A stretch of DNA of 64,000 nt from the human T2T-CHM13v2.0 reference genome, Homo sapiens. Both the position numbers and the translations under genes were made by a program. Below the pieces are notes generated by a model. That model searched no databases. It was not told where the DNA came from and was given only the letters and a program-made list of their open reading frames with translations. Below are positions 59,501 to 64,000 of this stretch, one piece after another. The stretch lies in the NCBI RefSeq assembly GCF_009914755.1, contig NC_060942.1. One strand, given 5' to 3'. Every line of letters begins with the position of its first letter. Within the stretch, counting starts at the first letter, position 1.

Positions 59501-60739
59501 TTAATAAAAACTATGTAAATATTTTAATATTATACTCAATTGTAACCAGATTTGGGGAGTGGGGGAATAATTTGTCTAATAAGCTGTAATTATACAGGTG
59601 AATGTATGTGAAAGAATATTGATGTGCCCAGTCCCCTCCACCATAGAAGGAATCTTGGTTTTCCTGAAAAAACAACAAACAAACAAAACTCTTTAGGGAA
59701 TTAGGAAATCTTGGCTGATTCTGATTTCTGTGATAATACTAACCTGTGGCTTACTTAGCCTTGTGTTAATCTTACTTGAGATATTTTTGTTCAAATTAAT
59801 AATTGTTAACATTTGAAATTCCTCTTGGAATAAGTTCATGATTATTTTCAAGTGGAGATAGGTTTGCTCTTAACAAACAATCATATGGAATAATATTTTG
59901 CTCAAGAATTTTTGAAATGCTATGCCAAAACAGAAGTCTCTGAATGGCATTTCAACTAGAATAATTAGCTCTTATTTGGTTAAGAGTTCAAAATCTCCTA
60001 GAGGCAAATTATTATTTCCCAAAAGAGGCTTTGCATCTCAAACTATCTAAGCACATTCCTATCTTACATTTATATTACTGTTGAATCAACAATTTTATGG
60101 ATGTTTAATTTTTAGAGGGCATTAATGCTTTACAGATACATTTAATTACACGGAAAACACTGCAAAAATTATTGTTGGTTAAATGACAGAGAAAAACAAA
60201 ACAATCATTTTATAGTCCAGTAATTTCATTGAAATAGAATTTTGATGCATCAAGGTATATACATTGACTTAATAAATCATGACAAGGAACTTAGCAATTA
60301 CATAATATTAACATGACCTTATTTTTGGATTCCAAATATATTTTAATGAATGAGTCAGGTTAAGAGCCTTTATTTCAAGTCTAGTGTAAGCAAAGGAAAG
60401 AATAAGCAATATGATTTGACAGTTCTTTGCTTTGGTAGTATTCATATAATTGTAAGAAATAGTGTAAGTGTAACTGTAAAACTACAACATAACTATAGAA
60501 GTATTAACATAACTAGACAGAAATAAAATAGAAACCTGTATGTAGAAAGACTTCGCCAGAGATGATAATTAAAATTCAGTAAAAATACTCAGTTTTTAAG
60601 CTTATATTCAATTTATTTTGAAAAAGAAAAAAAAATGCAGTGGGATGCTTCACTCTTCTCTGGCATTGCATAGATTTTCCAGGCTTTGACTCACCTGCTT
60701 CTGTTTGGCATTATGGTACTGCCTACTTGCAGATAAAAG

Positions 60740-60950
60740 ACTGCAGAATGTAAAGTTAAGAGTGTTTTGATTTGGGTCCTGGGTGTAATAACTGTTAATC
60801 TGATTGCCATCAGGTATGTGAATTTTTTTTGCACTTCAGAGTTTTCAGATGTGAAATGAGGGTAATAGACTTTAGAGGGGTAGTGGGAGGAGCGAAAACA
60901 AATGTAGGTAACAGACTTTTAGAAAACTGAATGCCATACAAATGCAAGTG
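60740..60950 (+). mobile_element. MIR fragment (degenerate)
   Basis: gttaagagtg..tttgggtcctgg..tgtgaaatgagggtaata. Confidence 0.5.
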
Positions 60951-62944
60951 GTTAGTAGGGCTGTATTAAATTTTTTTTGCTAAGAGGCTTGCTTTCTTTT
61001 CTGTTTGTTTGTTTGTTCCTTTTATAACAGTGTGGTGAGGAGAAAGGAAGTGCCAGATTTATCCCATGATCTGAAATTCGACCACGTATGAGCAACTGTA
61101 TATGAGAAAGAGCTACTAAATAAGACATTCTGTTTCCTGGTGAGGAAGGAGAGAGTAATGAGCAAATCATGCTCCTGGTGTTATATACCCAGTCATTCAA
61201 CAGGATCTCCCAACTAGAGCAAAATGGAAAAAGGTAGGAAGCCCATGGCGGAAGAGGGTGCACTCACCAACATTTGCTCAGTCCAGTGCTCCCACAGACC
61301 CCAGGCATGTTGCAAATCATATTGTTCTGTTCAGTGCATGAAAAATCCAATCAATCTTTCCATAGGGGATAAAAAAGACTTTCATTGAGCTTTATATATA
61401 TTAAATATATGCTTTACTTGGAATGAAAGGTGCCAGGTGTTTTATATGCTAATATATAAAGGAAACAGAAACGAAAACTCTCTTTCATCTCTGAGTACTT
61501 GCCACATGGCGATTTCTGGGATCTCACAGTTCTATATGACATCATTTGGCACATTACTTTAGTAAAGATTCCTTAGAGCAGCTACAACTGTGCTTTTCAG
61601 ATCTAATGCTTTCTCTTTGCACATCTCCCTTCTGAGGCTGTTTTGACCTTGACAGCTTCTATGCCATTACTGAAATATTACAGCAATAATTCAGAAACAC
61701 TATGGTTAACATTAAAGTAACATTTAGCTATCTAGAGATTTGAAAGTTGGGACAATCTGTAGTATCTTCCTTTATGGTTTCTAATGAGTTTCAGTTCTGA
61801 AGATCAATGCAATCAAATTTTAAAACAAAGAAATTAACAAAAAAGCAGGTAGCCAAAATTAGAATTTGTCTTTCCTAGAAGAGATAAAGCTCTTTGTTTC
61901 TAGAGTCAGTGTAAGTGTGGAGAACATAAAACAGAAAACCACATTTGGCTTTAATATAAAATGATTTAATAAAACAAAAATCAGATTATATCCTTAATCA
62001 ACCCATCTTGCACTTATTAGAATTTTTTGTTTTTAGCCAATGTTCTTTCTTTTCTGAGAATAGGAGAAGGTGTAAAAAGGTCAGAATTTCATACAAATTC
62101 GAGCTGGGATGAGAAACACATATCAAAGCGTTGGGTTTCTGAGTCACCTGATCATGCTTCTTTGGGAAGATGTTGGAATGAGAGGGCTTGGATATTTTTG
62201 ACAGACATAAACCATTAAAGTACTTTTAGTTTCATATTATGCTTGCAGAATGCAAGCCAGTTTTTAAGTGCTATTCAACTTCCAAGAATCTCTCTTTTTA
62301 ATGAATGTCTAATTCACTCATTTCCATGATGAGTTTCAGATTTTCCATGACTTTGAGTTACCTCTGGAAAATTAAGTTATTCCATAAGTACTCCTCAATA
62401 CTCTTTAATGATACCTAACAGAAACCTAATGGAACTCAAACTCACATACGGGATAATTCCATTATACACATAATTCTGTTTCTCCTACCCACTCTATTCT
62501 TCTTGTGTTTGTTTTAATCTTTTATTCCAGAAAGACCATCTCCCCCCAACCCATAACCAATAGAATCTAGAATCCATGAGGCAGGGAATTTTATCTATTT
62601 TTATTTGTTGTAGTATTCCCCATGACAGCCTGTCACATAATAGTAAGTATACAGCAAATCCTTGTTGAATGCAAGATAAATCTTTTCACATGTCAGTGGA
62701 AGAAATTATTTTGTAATCTTTTTTCCCCGACAGTGCTGGGCATGTAACAAACACTAAATATGTGTTTATTGAATAGTACATACATGTTTACATAATAATA
62801 ATACATGTTTACTGAATAATAATAAACAAAACTGTGGATTTTATCGTAGCCCTCATACCATAGGTATTTCATATCTCTCTACCTAATTATTGCCCATATT
62901 GGCTCATGAAAAATAGTTTTCCTAAATCTTTCTACATGTTCTTT

Positions 62945-64000
62945 ATTTTTTAAATTTTTAGTTATGAATTCACAATAGGTGTATATGTTTATGGGGTACA
63001 TGTGATGTTTTGATACATGCCTAGAATGTGTAATAATCAAATCAGGTTAACTGGGATATCTACCATCTCAAGCATTTATCATTTCATTGTGTTAGGAACA
63101 TTATTTCACTCTGAGTTGTTTTATATCACAAAATCAGTTACTGTTGTCTATAGTCACCTATTATGATATCAAATACTAAATTGCATTTTTCTATCTAACT
63201 ATATTTTTGCACCCATTAACCATCCCTACTTTGTTCCTCCATCCCCACTACCCTTATCAGCTTCTGGTAACCATCATTCTACTCTCTATTTCCATGAGAT
63301 CAATTGTTTTAATTTTTAGCTCCCACATATTAGTGAGAACACGAGATATTTATCTTTCTATGCCTGGCTTATTTCATTTAGCATAATGTCTTCTAGTTCT
63401 ATTTATGTTGTTGCAAATGACAGGATTTCAATCTTTTTCATGACTGAGTAATATTTCATTGTGTATACGTACTATATTTTCTCTATCCATTCATCCTTTG
63501 ATGGACACTTAATTTGATTCCAAATCTTGGCTATTGTAAATAGTGATGCAATAAACATGGAATTGCAGATATCTCTTCAATCCACTGTTTTCCTTTCTTT
63601 TGAATATATACCCTGGCAGTAGGATTGCTGGATTATGTGGCAGCTTTATTTCTAGTTTTCTGAGGAACTTTTGTACTGTTCTCCATAGTAGGTGTGCTAA
63701 TTTACATTCCCACCAACAGTGTACACGGGATCCCCTTTCTCCACATCCTTGTCAGCACTCATTATCGTCTGTCTTTTGAATAAAAGCCATTTTAACTGGG
63801 GTAAAATAATATCTCATTGTAGTTTTAACCTGCATGTCTCTGATGATTAATGATATTGAGTATTTTTTTGTATACCTGCTGGCCATTTGTATGTTTTCTT
63901 CTGAGAAATAACTGTTCAGATCTTTTCCCCATTTTTAATTGCATTATTTGATTTTTTTCCTATTGAGTTGTTTAAGGTGATTTTATATTCTGGTTATTAA
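62945..64000 (-). mobile_element. L1MA-type 3' end (antisense); runs off the window end
   Basis: tttatggggtacatgtgatgttttgatacatg..tttagctcccacat..gtgagaac..atttacattcccaccaacagtgt. Confidence 0.92.

Overview
AT-rich, repeat-dense primate (probably human or ape) intergenic or intronic DNA. No intact protein-coding gene is supportable, and nearly all ORF-track entries are fortuitous or derived from Alu, L1 or LTR sequence. Main contents: (1) a two-LTR ERV1 (MER4/MER34/MER39-group) provirus remnant at 2629-12316 with an ATAA target-site duplication (TSD) and a decayed tRNA-Ser(GCT) primer binding site, interrupted by MSTA, L1 and Alu insertions; (2) many solo LTRs (ERV1, MaLR), Alus, L1, L2/MIR and hAT/Tigger MITEs, including three nested L1s at about 29-37.7 kb; (3) a tail-less AluSp joined directly to a 5'-truncated L1PA at 20288-22890; (4) the most notable item, a minus-strand 5'-truncated HSPA9 (mortalin) processed pseudogene whose 5' end is joined to the 3' end of U6 snRNA, apparently a U6-mRNA chimeric retrocopy (57624-58610). 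I found no convincing wholly new biological system. All family and subfamily calls come from recalled consensus sequences, not from a database search, so subfamily names and the ends of old elements are approximate.
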